From an uncultured candidatus Porisulfidus sp. (GTDB lineage: Bacteria; Pseudomonadota; Gammaproteobacteria; Poriferisulfidales; Poriferisulfidaceae): 64,000 nucleotides of DNA. Position numbers and translations under genes: made by a program. This document shows, piece after piece, positions 1 to 9,626 of the stretch. The notes below the pieces were generated by a model. The model ran no database searches, had not been told where the DNA came from, and saw only the letters and a list, made by a program, of their open reading frames with translations. Position 1 is the stretch's first letter; every line of letters starts with the position of its first letter. The stretch is taken from assembly GCA_965116025.1 (NCBI GenBank), contig OZ220480.1, positions 960,001 to 1,024,000 of the forward strand. Direction: 5' to 3'.

Positions 1-1
1 C

Positions 2-835
2 GATGGCGCGCTGGAGCGCTTGCTGCTTCTGGGCGAGCCGGAAGCGGTGGCGGCGGTGGTCCATGCGCCGGGCCTGACGGAGGAGCTCGCGCGACGGGCA
101 TGGTGGGCGGAGCCGAACGCGGAGCACGCCCGCCGGATGCTGGATAGCGCGGCCGTCTCTGACGGCGCGCTGGGCGCGACGCTGGTGGAATATCTCCTCG
201 AATTCTTGCCATTCGAGGAACAGCCTGGCGACGTCATCGCGTCGCTGCGGCGCCTGCTACCCCATCCATCGCTAACGGAAGAGCGCAGAGCGGATTTGTG
301 GAAACGGACCCAGCGACAGTCCGCTTACTTGGTCGGATTCTTATCGGCCGGGGCTGAGAGTCTCCCGAAGACGCATCCGTCGCACCCGAAGGTCGAGGAA
401 ATTCGGGCGGGCCTCGAAGAAAATCCAGAGGGTCCTCTCGCGGCGCGTCTTCTATGGGCGTTCGGGGCCTCGGGTCAGGGGTTTCTCGCGGCGGCCCGAA
501 AAGCGCTCGCGCGACCGTCCAACCAGGACGTCGCGGTCGCTCTGTTGAACGCGATTGGAAAGGCGTTCGCCTTGCCCGAAACGACCGCGTCGTTCCGAAC
601 GATCAAAGCGTTGGAGGCGGACGCTGAGGCCGAGCCGAGTGGATCTCCGTGGGAGGAGAAGAAAGGTTTTTCCGAATTCCGCCGCTCCGCGCTGTGCTTA
701 GCTCGGGTCGGGGAGCGCCTTCTCGATCCGATCTTCGGGGTGAGCGACGCGGTGGGATCGGTCATGCGTCGTCGCATCGAGCCGGTCGTTCTGCCGATCC
801 AGCAATACCTGGAGCGTCTGTCTGGCCATGAATGA
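2..835 (+). CDS. dsrS: DsrS-family sulfur oxidation protein (5'-truncated by window edge)
   Basis: Frame open from base 2; LLLLGEPEAV..PGLTEELARRAWW..NAEHARRML..LLEFLPFE resembles DsrS as I recall it. Confidence 0.75.
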   Translation, partial: DGALERLLLLGEPEAVAAVVHAPGLTEELARRAWWAEPNAEHARRMLDSAAVSDGALGATLVEYLLEFLPFEEQPGDVIASLRRLLPHPSLTEERRADLWKRTQRQSAYLVGFLSAGAESLPKTHPSHPKVEEIRAGLEENPEGPLAARLLWAFGASGQGFLAAARKALARPSNQDVAVALLNAIGKAFALPETTASFRTIKALEADAEAEPSGSPWEEKKGFSEFRRSALCLARVGERLLDPIFGVSDAVGSVMRRRIEPVVLPIQQYLERLSGHE

Positions 836-1679
836 AAACCTGAGAATGACCCTGCCGGACGGGCGGGCGCTGGCCTACGCGGAATATGGGGCGCCCAATG
901 GTGGCGCGGTTTTAGGATTGCATGGCACGCCGGGGACCCGGCACATCTTTTCGCTGGCTGACGCTTCGGCTCGCGAGCATGGGTTGCGCTTGATCGCCGC
1001 GGACCGGGCGGGAATCGGGGACTCGGAGGATCGCCCAGAGCACAGCGTCGCCGGGCATGCCGAGGATGCCGTGGCGTTGATGGATCGCCTTGAAGCGAAG
1101 AAGTTCGCGGTTCTGGGTTTTTCTGGCGGAGGACCTTACGCGGTGGAGGTCGCGCGGCGGGCGGGGCGCAGGATTCTGGCGGTGACGCTGGTTAGCGCGC
1201 ACGCGCTCGACGTGCCGCCTGGCCCGGCGCACCAAGCCTTGATGAGGCTGGCCAGCGCCAGCGTTCCGACAGCCCGATTGGCGTTCATGGCGATCGCGCT
1301 TCCCGCGGTTGCCGTACCGGTTCTCGTACGCTTGCTGGTGGCTTCCGGGCTCACTCGGCGTGATCGAAAGATCATGAGGAATCGGGAGATTCGTCGTTGC
1401 CTGACGAAGGGAATCGCCGGAGTCCTTCGGGGTGGGCGAGCGACCGCTTGGGAAGCGAGGAATTTTTATCGCGAGCGGCCTCCCGCGTCAATCGCGCTGG
1501 ACGCGCCAGCGCGGATCTGGCACGGGACGAAGGATCGGATCATTCACCCGGAGGCGGCGCGTCGCTATTCGCGCATGTTGCTGGGCGCATCTCTGAACAT
1601 GATTCCGGGCGGCGGTCACCTGTGGGGCTTGGCGGCCTACGATCAGGTGCTCAAGGCTTTGGCGGAAGACATGCGGTGA
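828..1679 (+). CDS. alpha/beta fold hydrolase
   Basis: LPDGRALAYAEYG, HGTPG, nucleophile elbow GFSGGG, WHGTKD, C-terminal GGH. Confidence 0.85.
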   Translation: MNENLRMTLPDGRALAYAEYGAPNGGAVLGLHGTPGTRHIFSLADASAREHGLRLIAADRAGIGDSEDRPEHSVAGHAEDAVALMDRLEAKKFAVLGFSGGGPYAVEVARRAGRRILAVTLVSAHALDVPPGPAHQALMRLASASVPTARLAFMAIALPAVAVPVLVRLLVASGLTRRDRKIMRNREIRRCLTKGIAGVLRGGRATAWEARNFYRERPPASIALDAPARIWHGTKDRIIHPEAARRYSRMLLGASLNMIPGGGHLWGLAAYDQVLKALAEDMR

Positions 1680-1806
1680 TGACGATGGCGCGATTTTTGG
1701 CAGAACGTTCAGATGGTCGCGCGGGAACGCGCTTGGAGTTTGGAAAGCTAGGCTATGGGAGGTTGAGGCGCAATGGCTATACTGTCCTTTGGAGGGCTTG
1801 TTTCCC

Positions 1807-2301
1807 ATGCGCCAACTGATTCTCGTTCGTCACGCCAAGTCTGATCGCGATGGCCGGATGGTTCCGGATATTGATCGTCCGCTCGCTCCGAGAGGAGAGC
1901 GAGACGCGCCAGAAATGGGGCGACGGCTGGCGGACCGTCAGGAAGGCGTTGACGCTCTGTATAGCTCGACCGCGCGCAGAGCGCTGGATACGGCGGGCCA
2001 TTTCGCCGCGGCGCTGGAAATGGATGCCGCCAAGATCCGATCGCGAGAAGGCCTCTACACCTTCTCGTCCAATGACCTGTTGCGGGAGTTGCACGAGTTG
2101 GACGACGCCGATGACCGGATCGCGGTGTTCGGCCATAACCCGGCGACCAGCGGGGTGGCCGCGTACTTGACCGGTGAAACCTTGGGAGACCTTCCGACTT
2201 GCGCCGTGGTTCGGCTGGATGTGGACTGCGGCTCTTGGCGGAACTTGGGCCCTTCGGTTTGCGCTTTGCTTGAGATCGATACGCCGAAGAATCCGGCGTG
2301 A
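1807..2301 (+). CDS. sixA: SixA-type histidine phosphatase
   Basis: RHAKS motif, DRPL, SSTARRA, GHNP. Confidence 0.85.
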   Translation: MRQLILVRHAKSDRDGRMVPDIDRPLAPRGERDAPEMGRRLADRQEGVDALYSSTARRALDTAGHFAAALEMDAAKIRSREGLYTFSSNDLLRELHELDDADDRIAVFGHNPATSGVAAYLTGETLGDLPTCAVVRLDVDCGSWRNLGPSVCALLEIDTPKNPA

Positions 2302-2333
2302 TTGGGCGCGCGGGACGGAAAATCGATCCGGTT

Positions 2334-3284
2334 TTATGAGGAAGGCGGCATCCAGTATTTCGGATCGAGCACTCGGACTCCGGTATACAGTGGGTGGGTG
2401 AGTTGGAGCAATCTTTCCGTGTCGGTGACCGGAGCGCCGCCAACCAGAAGCAGGGCGTTCTCCCTCTCGCCCGGATAGGTGCTTTCCAGATAGTTCAGCC
2501 AGTCGACAGCGTCTTGCGCCTCGTCTTGGAAGTAGTAGGGTATCACCCCACCATGGCGCGTTCGCCAACAAACGGCCACTGATCGCCCGCCCGCATACGT
2601 GGGAAGGTCCGCTTGTGGGGTCGTAGGATTTCTGGCCTCCCATAGCGCGACTCTCTTGGAAAGCGCGCTCAGCCGCTCTCGCTCCTCCTCTCCACCCGTG
2701 CCGAGTTTCACGGCTTCGCCCCGCGACTCCGACCATACCGCCCAGCGATGCTGCAGATACGTGCGAGCCTGGATCTCGAAACGCATGGCGATGCTGGTCG
2801 TTTCGGTAAGGGGTTGCTGCAGTTTCATTATGTGATTGATTCCGCGATAGCCGGTCGACGCGGGCGAGGCGATGTAGTCCTTCATGCGGTAGAAGCTTGA
2901 CGAGGACTGGATGCGGTCGCTCAGGCTCCTGACCGTAGACAGGTTCTGACAGATGACCCTCGCGCCAATCACGTCATCCAGCCGGCCGAGGGAGAAATTG
3001 GTGTCGGGTCGTCCGATCTTCCGGCGGATGCTGTCGAGACGCTTGAGGCGAACGCTGACGGCCGCTTCGCGCGGAATCTGACACGCGTCGACTATCGCGA
3101 GAGTTGTCATCAGGCAACGCATGCGGAAAGCCCGGTAGTGCTGCAGATCGGCAACGCGCTGAGGGTTTTGCGCCGACTGGCAAAAAGCGTCACCGATCCG
3201 GTCGATAGCGCCAAGGCTCGAGAATGGGGGACGAGATTCCGGGACCGGGGAGCAATCCATAATCGTACGCGTGGCCATCACCAC
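2334..3284 (-). CDS. RelA/SpoT-domain small alarmone synthetase-like protein
   Basis: RLKRLDSIRRK, DDVIGARVI, DYI..TGYRGINH, FEIQARTYLQHRWA synthetase motifs; start uncertain. Confidence 0.8.
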   Translation of the reverse strand: MVMATRTIMDCSPVPESRPPFSSLGAIDRIGDAFCQSAQNPQRVADLQHYRAFRMRCLMTTLAIVDACQIPREAAVSVRLKRLDSIRRKIGRPDTNFSLGRLDDVIGARVICQNLSTVRSLSDRIQSSSSFYRMKDYIASPASTGYRGINHIMKLQQPLTETTSIAMRFEIQARTYLQHRWAVWSESRGEAVKLGTGGEEERERLSALSKRVALWEARNPTTPQADLPTYAGGRSVAVCWRTRHGGVIPYYFQDEAQDAVDWLNYLESTYPGERENALLLVGGAPVTDTERLLQLTHPLYTGVRVLDPKYWMPPSS

Positions 3285-3314
3285 GGATGAGGTGGCCGAA
3301 TCTCGACGGGGCGT

Positions 3315-4142
3315 TCAAGCGCTCTCATTGACATCGACGAACGTCTGCCGAAGTCGTCGGAAGGACTCGGCGTAGGTCTCTCCTATGCACACCGCGGGGA
3401 CGATCTCAATTCCGATAGATTCGTCCATGAGGCGTTGCAGTCGCTCGTCGATATCGGCGTGGCTTTCTCCAGTGTTTTGGTGAATCTTCTCGACAATCTC
3501 CTGGCGAGTCAGTACTCCATCGCTTTTCGGATTTCGCGCTTCGTCAAGCGCATGCAATCGTCCAGTCTGGATGATCTCACGCAAGCCAAGAATAGCCATA
3601 AGCCGGTGCTGGCCATCAAGCGCATAGAATCCGGTCTCGCTATCGTCCATATCCCAGTATGTTCCAGCGGGATTCAACCCTTGAAGAGTAAGACTATCAT
3701 TCATGGCGCGCGCGTCGGTGCCCCACCGTTCATGCCGCTCATCGTGGACCCAGCACTGATACCCGGTGAGGAGGAGTGGAGGAAATTTGTGGTGCTTGCG
3801 CACTGCCAGATACGTGGCCATTTCAATCTGGCGGCGCCAGTCAGGTTGCCGGTGCCGTATCTGCTCCATGATTTCGGGATCCGCTTGGATTCGCCTGGAA
3901 CCTTCCCCTCCTTCTTGAAATATTGGCAGATTGGCCGCGAATCGGACCTTGGTGGCGACCCACTTGAGAGTGGTGGACGTAAGGTACGAAGAAACCCCAC
4001 CCATGCGGACTTGATGCGCCAAGTGATGGTTCTTCTGGACTCGGAGCTTCTCCAGCAGATGACTGAGAACTACTTGCTCTCTTCGCTGATCCTTCGTGGA
4101 ATCCAGAATCTCGGCCATGTCCTGTTGCGGGGTTGCGCTCAT
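3315..4142 (-). CDS. DGQHR-domain (DndB-like) protein, possibly C-terminally truncated
   Basis: QHRQPDW-like RQPDW, FPPLL, ALDGQHRL, ends RQTFVDVNESA*. Confidence 0.75.
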   Translation of the reverse strand: MSATPQQDMAEILDSTKDQRREQVVLSHLLEKLRVQKNHHLAHQVRMGGVSSYLTSTTLKWVATKVRFAANLPIFQEGGEGSRRIQADPEIMEQIRHRQPDWRRQIEMATYLAVRKHHKFPPLLLTGYQCWVHDERHERWGTDARAMNDSLTLQGLNPAGTYWDMDDSETGFYALDGQHRLMAILGLREIIQTGRLHALDEARNPKSDGVLTRQEIVEKIHQNTGESHADIDERLQRLMDESIGIEIVPAVCIGETYAESFRRLRQTFVDVNESA

Positions 4143-4192
4143 TTTCGATTTCCCTTGATAATCGCGCCAAGTCTTCTTCGAGTCACACTGTC

Positions 4193-5361
4193 TAGTGTAG
4201 TGTACGTCAATAATATATATTTATGCTACACTTCGCCGGATTGCCGCGATCAGGAGGAGAACCGCATGCGCCGCGCCATTCCCATCGAGCTCAGCGCCGA
4301 GGAGCTCGCCGCCCTGAGCGAGACGGCTCGCTCGAGCCTCTCCAGCGTTCGCGACGCGTTTCGCGCTCGCGTCGTGCTGCTCGCCGCCGAGGGCCGGCGC
4401 ACCATCGACATCGCCGATCAACTGGACGCGAGCGCCAGCACGGTGGCGAAGTGGAGGAACCGCTTCGCCGAGCGGCGCCTGGCCGGGCTGTCCGACCGTC
4501 CTGGGCGAGGGCGCAAGCGGACCTACGGCGACGACGTGGTCAAGCGCATCGTCGAGGACACCCTGCATGACGCTCCCGAACAGGCCACGCATTGGTCGAC
4601 CCGTGGCATGGCTCAGCACGCCGGGGTGAGCCACGCCACCGTTCACAAGATCTGGCGCGCGCACGGGCTGAAGCCGCATCTGGTCCAAACGTTCAAGCTG
4701 TCCACCGACGAGCGTTTCGTCGAGAAGCTGCGCGACGTCGTCGGGCTGTATCTGGACCCGCCTGAGCATGCCTTGGTCCTGTGCGTCGACGAGAATTCGC
4801 AGATCCAGGCGCTGGATCGCGCCCAGCCCGGATTGCCGATGAAGAAGGGGCGCGCCGGAACCATGACGCACGACTACAAGCGGCACGGGACCACCACCTT
4901 GTTCGCGGCCCTGAACGCCGTGGACGGCACGGTGTTCGGGCGTTGCTACCAGCGCCATCGGCATGTCGAGTTCCTGCGCTTCCTGCGGGAGATCGACGGG
5001 CACGTCCCGAAGGAGCTGGAGGTCCACCTGATCGTGGACAACTACGCCACCCACAAGCATCGCAAGGTGAGGGAATGGTTCGCGCGGCGGCCGCGTTTCC
5101 ACGTCCACTTCACGCCGACCTCGGCGTCCTGGCTGAACCTGGTGGAGCGGTTCTTCCGGGAGCTGACGGAGCGGCGCGTGCGGCGGGGGGTGTTCCGAAG
5201 CGTGCGGGAGCTGACCCGGGCGATCCACGATTTTCTGGATCATCACAACGCCGACCCGAAGCCGTTCTCGTGGAGCAAGACGCCCGAGCAGATCCTGGAC
5301 AAGCTGGCGCCCCTCCGCGCCAAGCAAGTATAAATATCTCTAATTAGATTACACTACACTA
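4193..5361 (+). mobile_element. IS630-family insertion sequence
   Basis: Terminal IRs CTAGTGTAGTGTA (4192-4204) / TACACTACACTAG (5350-5362), imperfectly extending to ~36 bp; TA at both ends in CTAG context. Confidence 0.92.
4266..5333 (+). CDS. IS630-family transposase
   Basis: RBS AGGAGG; HTH region, HWSTRGMA, VDENSQIQALDR, DNYATHK, SWLNLVERFF. Confidence 0.93.
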   Translation: MRRAIPIELSAEELAALSETARSSLSSVRDAFRARVVLLAAEGRRTIDIADQLDASASTVAKWRNRFAERRLAGLSDRPGRGRKRTYGDDVVKRIVEDTLHDAPEQATHWSTRGMAQHAGVSHATVHKIWRAHGLKPHLVQTFKLSTDERFVEKLRDVVGLYLDPPEHALVLCVDENSQIQALDRAQPGLPMKKGRAGTMTHDYKRHGTTTLFAALNAVDGTVFGRCYQRHRHVEFLRFLREIDGHVPKELEVHLIVDNYATHKHRKVREWFARRPRFHVHFTPTSASWLNLVERFFRELTERRVRRGVFRSVRELTRAIHDFLDHHNADPKPFSWSKTPEQILDKLAPLRAKQV

Positions 5362-5667
5362 GCATGACCGATGTCTCCGGCCATCATAGTACATCACGCT
5401 CACGCTCGTCTTTTGAATCTTGGAGTGCTGAATGCGACAGAGATTGAAGCCGACGAAAGGCTGATGGCAAAGTCGAACGATAGGAGAGTATCGTCGTGTG
5501 CTGTATGATGCGGGGAAGCTCGTTTTACGGTTGTGGGTTCATCATTTGCTAAAGTACGGAAGATGGTTCAAACTGGTCCGGGATGGATTGAAATCAATTA
5601 AGTTTACTTCCTACCCAGAGTGGTTACTATGATCACCAAAATTCGCACTTTATGACAATTAATGGGC

Positions 5668-6477
5668 ATGAATAAAAACGCAATCCGCCTTCCTCGAGGA
5701 CGAACGCAACTTGTCCAGGTGCTGTCCATGGCCGGTGACGTGATTCGCGTCGGCGATGTGGTGATTGCCCTTCAACTTGATCGCGCCGCTGCCGCCCAGC
5801 GTTTATCTCGCTGGGCTGGACAGGGATGGCTGAGACGGGTGGGCCATGGGGCTTATGTCGCCGCTTCCATTGACACCATGGGGTCGAATCGTGTCCTTGA
5901 TGACCCGTGGGTGCTCGTTCCCGCACTTTTCGCGCCAGCCTACATCGGAGGACGTACAGCCGCTGAGCATTGGAACTTGACCGAACAGATATTCAAGGAT
6001 ATTTTCGTGGTGACCGCGCAGACTGTACGCCAGAAACGTCAAGAGCGGCACGGCACGATCTTTTCGCTGAAACACATCGATGAACGGAAGATTTTTGGCA
6101 CGAAGAACATTTGGTGTCATAAAACGAGAGTGCCCGTTTCCGACGTGCACCGTACGATCATCGACATGCTCGATAACCCGGCAACCAATGGCGGCATCCA
6201 GCATGTGGTTGACTGCTTCGCGGCCTATCTGCGACGTGATGATCGGAATGACGATAAGATCGTCGAATATGCGGTGGGATTTGGCAACGGAGCCGTCTTT
6301 AAACGCCTAGGGTTTCTGGCCGAACGTTTTTCTGGCGGTGTCGAACTGGCCCGTCTTTGTGAGCGACATCTGAGCGGTGGACACGCGAAGCTCGACCCTG
6401 TCCAGGATGGACCACTCATCGTGCCGAAATGGCGGTTGCGCGTACCGGAATGCTGGGCTCGCGCGGAAATGATATGA
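5668..6477 (+). CDS. Type IV TA AbiEi-family antitoxin / transcriptional regulator
   Basis: N-terminal wHTH (GWLRRVGHGAY), YIGGRTAAEHWNLTEQ, RTIIDMLDNP, AVFKRLGFLAE. Confidence 0.75.
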   Translation: MNKNAIRLPRGRTQLVQVLSMAGDVIRVGDVVIALQLDRAAAAQRLSRWAGQGWLRRVGHGAYVAASIDTMGSNRVLDDPWVLVPALFAPAYIGGRTAAEHWNLTEQIFKDIFVVTAQTVRQKRQERHGTIFSLKHIDERKIFGTKNIWCHKTRVPVSDVHRTIIDMLDNPATNGGIQHVVDCFAAYLRRDDRNDDKIVEYAVGFGNGAVFKRLGFLAERFSGGVELARLCERHLSGGHAKLDPVQDGPLIVPKWRLRVPECWARAEMI

Positions 6478-6565
6478 ACGCTATGGAGCTGTTTCTAGAA
6501 AAATTGTTTCCGGGCGTGGTTTGGACGGTGGGCGCTCGCGATAGATTGACAGCGCGGGTGTAGTT

Positions 6566-7438
6566 GTGGCGAGTCTGTCATTGGCGTTGGCGGTCAAGGA
6601 AGAGCCGCCGCAATTCGTCCTCAAGCGTCAGGACAATCTTGAATTTATGTCGGAACTTCCGGATGGAATATTCAAACTGATCGTCACGTCTCCACCTTAT
6701 AATCTTGGCAAGCCCTACGAGAAAAAACGCCTTTCCACGGATGAATATGTCGAAAAACAGTCAGCGGTGATACGGGAATGTATTCGCCTGCTCCATGATC
6801 AGGGTTCTATTTGCTGGCAGGTGGGGAACCACGTAGAAAATGGGGAAATCGTGCCATTAGACGCTTTGCTCTATCAGGTTTTCGCTTCCCATGGATTGAG
6901 GCTTCGGAACCGTATCGTTTGGCATTTCGGGCATGGCCTCCACTGCACTAGGCGCCTTTCCGGGCGATATGAGACCATAAACTGGTGGACCAAGAGCGAC
7001 GATTACACATGGAATCTTGATCCTATTCGAGTTCCATCCAAATACCCGGGGAAGCGTTATTTCAAGGGGCCGAACATTGGTAAGTTGTCCTGCAACCCAA
7101 AGGGGAAAAACCCGAGTGATGTTTGGGAGTTTCCAAACGTGAAAAGCAATCATCCAGAAAAAACCATTCATCCATGTCAATATCCTGTCGAACTTGTGGA
7201 ACGTCTCGTTCTCTCGATGACGAACGAGGGTGATGCCGTTCTAGACCCCTATGTCGGGGTAGGTTCTTCGGCGGTCGCGGCTCTCAAGCACGGCCGCGTG
7301 GTTTATGGATGCGATGTGGTGGAAGATTACATCCGCATAGCGAACCGGAGGATTGAGGAATTATGCGCCGGCACGCTCAAGACCCGTCCCATGGGAAAGC
7401 CGATCTATGATCCATTAAAGCCGAAAGGAGGACATTGA
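6566..7438 (+). CDS. beta-class amino DNA methyltransferase (probably N4-cytosine)
   Basis: TSPPY catalytic motif N-terminal; HPCQYP; DPYVGVGSS SAM-binding motif C-terminal. Confidence 0.9.
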   Translation: MASLSLALAVKEEPPQFVLKRQDNLEFMSELPDGIFKLIVTSPPYNLGKPYEKKRLSTDEYVEKQSAVIRECIRLLHDQGSICWQVGNHVENGEIVPLDALLYQVFASHGLRLRNRIVWHFGHGLHCTRRLSGRYETINWWTKSDDYTWNLDPIRVPSKYPGKRYFKGPNIGKLSCNPKGKNPSDVWEFPNVKSNHPEKTIHPCQYPVELVERLVLSMTNEGDAVLDPYVGVGSSAVAALKHGRVVYGCDVVEDYIRIANRRIEELCAGTLKTRPMGKPIYDPLKPKGGH

Positions 7439-8049
7439 TGGAGATTGGGGCGACGTACTCGCACCTCAATGGAATGGAGTACCTGATGGTCCATCATGCC
7501 GAATTATGGGATGAGGTCTTGGAGGTGATAGCTGGCGTGGATGCTCATGCCTGCAAAAACAAGGTTTCCAAGGAGCGAACCATGAAGGGGAAAATGCTGT
7601 ATTCCCCGGGAGACATGAATAGGGCATTTCGCTTCAGATTTGGTAATGCTGGATGGAGAGAGCAACGCGATACGTTCTGGGTCACGAAGGACGAGAAAGT
7701 CGCGCGGAAGATATCCGGCCAATCACCGGAAGTGCAAAAAGCAACCATAGAAAAAGCTGGGTATGTCCCGATAATGTCATACAACCAGACAGATTTCGTG
7801 AAAGGTCGCGTCGCTGTGGAAGTGCAGTTCGGCAAATACGCTTTTGTGGCGCACGACTTGTTCGTCAAGCACATGAGTTTTTATGTCTCTGGCGTTATTG
7901 ATGTTGGAATCGAGGTATTGCCGATGAAGTCGATGGAACGTGAAATGTCCTCAGGTGTCCCTTATTACGAAAGGGATTTGATGAATGTCGTTCGCCAAGG
8001 GCGCGGGGTTCCGGCTGTTCCTTTGGTTCTCATTGGCGTTACGCCATAG
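7438..8049 (+). CDS. BglII/BstYI-family type II restriction endonuclease
   Basis: NQTDFVKGRVAVEVQFGKY (D..ExQ active site); overlaps MTase stop. Confidence 0.85.
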   Translation: MEIGATYSHLNGMEYLMVHHAELWDEVLEVIAGVDAHACKNKVSKERTMKGKMLYSPGDMNRAFRFRFGNAGWREQRDTFWVTKDEKVARKISGQSPEVQKATIEKAGYVPIMSYNQTDFVKGRVAVEVQFGKYAFVAHDLFVKHMSFYVSGVIDVGIEVLPMKSMEREMSSGVPYYERDLMNVVRQGRGVPAVPLVLIGVTP

Positions 8050-8119
8050 CCAAGTATCTGACGTGGCGGCGGGTATCTTTTCAAGGCGTAGGATCGGTTG
8101 CGGGCTCCTGGATGTGTTT

Positions 8120-8128
8120 TGTTATAAT
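8120..8128 (+). promoter_or_regulatory. extended -10 promoter (TGnTATAAT) upstream of dndC
   Basis: TGTTATAAT ending 43 nt before ATG 8172. Confidence 0.5.
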
Positions 8129-8171
8129 CGTTCCATTAGAAGAGCTTCCATCTAGAAAATCCCACAAGTAA

Positions 8172-9420
8172 ATGGCCGTAGCTATTCAGGGAAGTCCCCT
8201 ACCGTCTGCCACCAAAAGTGTTTCTTTTCTGAAACACTCAGAAGGACTCGACCGAATTAAAGGGGGGGGGGGGGGGGGGGGGGCTAACCTCTAACGTTCC
8301 CTCCGACAATACTTTCGAGGGAATCAGACGAGAGATTTACGAAGAGTACACAGCGCTTCACGACAAGCCTTGGATCATCGGGTACTCTGGAGGCAAAGAC
8401 AGTACGCTTGTCGCGCACCTTGTAATTGAAACACTAATTTCCCTGCCGCGCAGTGAGAGGCGTAGGACTGTCCATGTAGTAGCAAACGATACGCTTGTCG
8501 AGAGTCCATTGGTAATGGAACATGTTCGAATCGGACTCTTGGAAATCGAAAAGGCGGCAAGGGCATTTGATTTACCTGTTGTTGTCGCCACCACAGCACC
8601 AGAACTGAATCAGACTTTTTGGGTCAACCTCATTGGTCGAGGCTACGCTTCGCCCAACCGCAATTTTCGCTGGTGTACTGATCGGATGAAGATCCAGCCA
8701 ACCAGTAAATACATTCGAAAACAGGCGGGAATCTCTGGCGAGGTGGTGCTTCTCCTTGGTGTTCGCCGGAGGGAAAGTGTCGCACGGGCTGGTATGGCGG
8801 CCAGGTATGACAATGGCGCACGATTGAACAGGCACAACGACCTTCAGGGCTGTTGGGTGTTCAGGCCAATACTTGAGTTAGGCGAGGACGATGTCTGGGG
8901 TTTCCTCGCGGAGCACAAACCACCTTGGGGGTGTAGCCATGATCGTTTGATCCGACTGTATCGAGATGCAGGTGGAGGAGAGTGTCCGGTCGTAACATCC
9001 GCGGCGGATGCGCCTTCATGTGGGACAACATCTTCACGTTTTGGATGCTGGACCTGCACCGTGGTCGAGAAGGACAAGAGTTTGGCAGGCTTTGTCGCTT
9101 CTGGATTCGACCACTTCACGCCGTTGCTTGAGTTTCGAGACTGGCTCGTAGCAATTCGCAACGATCCCAAGCGTAGGCTCGCCCGTCGCCGTAATGGTCG
9201 TGTGACGATTACCAAGAAAGGCGTGTTCGTACCCGGTCCGTTCAATTTAGCCACCCGGAAAGAAATTCTTGATCGACTACTGATGTTGCAAGAGTGCTCA
9301 GGGATGGCTTTGATACAACAGTCCGAGGTAGAGCGTATAAGGGAATTGTGGGCGGAAGACGCGGTGTCCAGTGTTGAGCGAAATGCTGAAGAGAGGCGCA
9401 CCCATATTGGGAGGGCATGA
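8172..9420 (+). CDS. dndC: DNA phosphorothioation sulfurtransferase DndC, frameshifted at poly-G tract
   Basis: KPWIIGYSGGKDST and NDTLVESP lie upstream of the ORF-track start 8509; RWCTDRMKI, GECP, SRFGCWTCTVV; ATG 8172 is in frame only with G21/G24. Confidence 0.85.
8262..8283 (+). repeat. poly-G tract (G22) in dndC 5' end
   Basis: Counted directly. Confidence 0.9.
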
Positions 9421-9626
9421 TGTCGAATGGTAATGTCGCGCTATTTCATAGTAAAGCAGGACGAAACCTTGTCCTTTCCAAATGCAGGGCAGAGGGACTA
9501 GATCCGAAGGTGCTTGAACGATTAGTTGCTGTAGAGATAAAGCAACAAGGAAAGCTAAAAAAGCGCGGAATAACGAGTGCTTTTGATGAAATTTTTGACA
9601 GCATAGAAGTCGAAGAGGGTGAATGA
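9417..9626 (+). CDS. small protein of the dnd operon (69 aa)
   Basis: Overlaps dndC stop and dndD start (ATGA-type coupling). Confidence 0.7.
   Translation: MMSNGNVALFHSKAGRNLVLSKCRAEGLDPKVLERLVAVEIKQQGKLKKRGITSAFDEIFDSIEVEEGE

Noticed and set aside
3315-3317. Selenocysteine recoding of the DGQHR TGA
   Set aside because: No recognisable SECIS hairpin and no reason to expect Cys/Sec at this position
3435-4265. 632-aa ORF suggesting a transposase fusion
   Set aside because: The N-terminal part is the antisense of the DGQHR gene and crosses the IS end; the real start is ATG 4266 with an RBS
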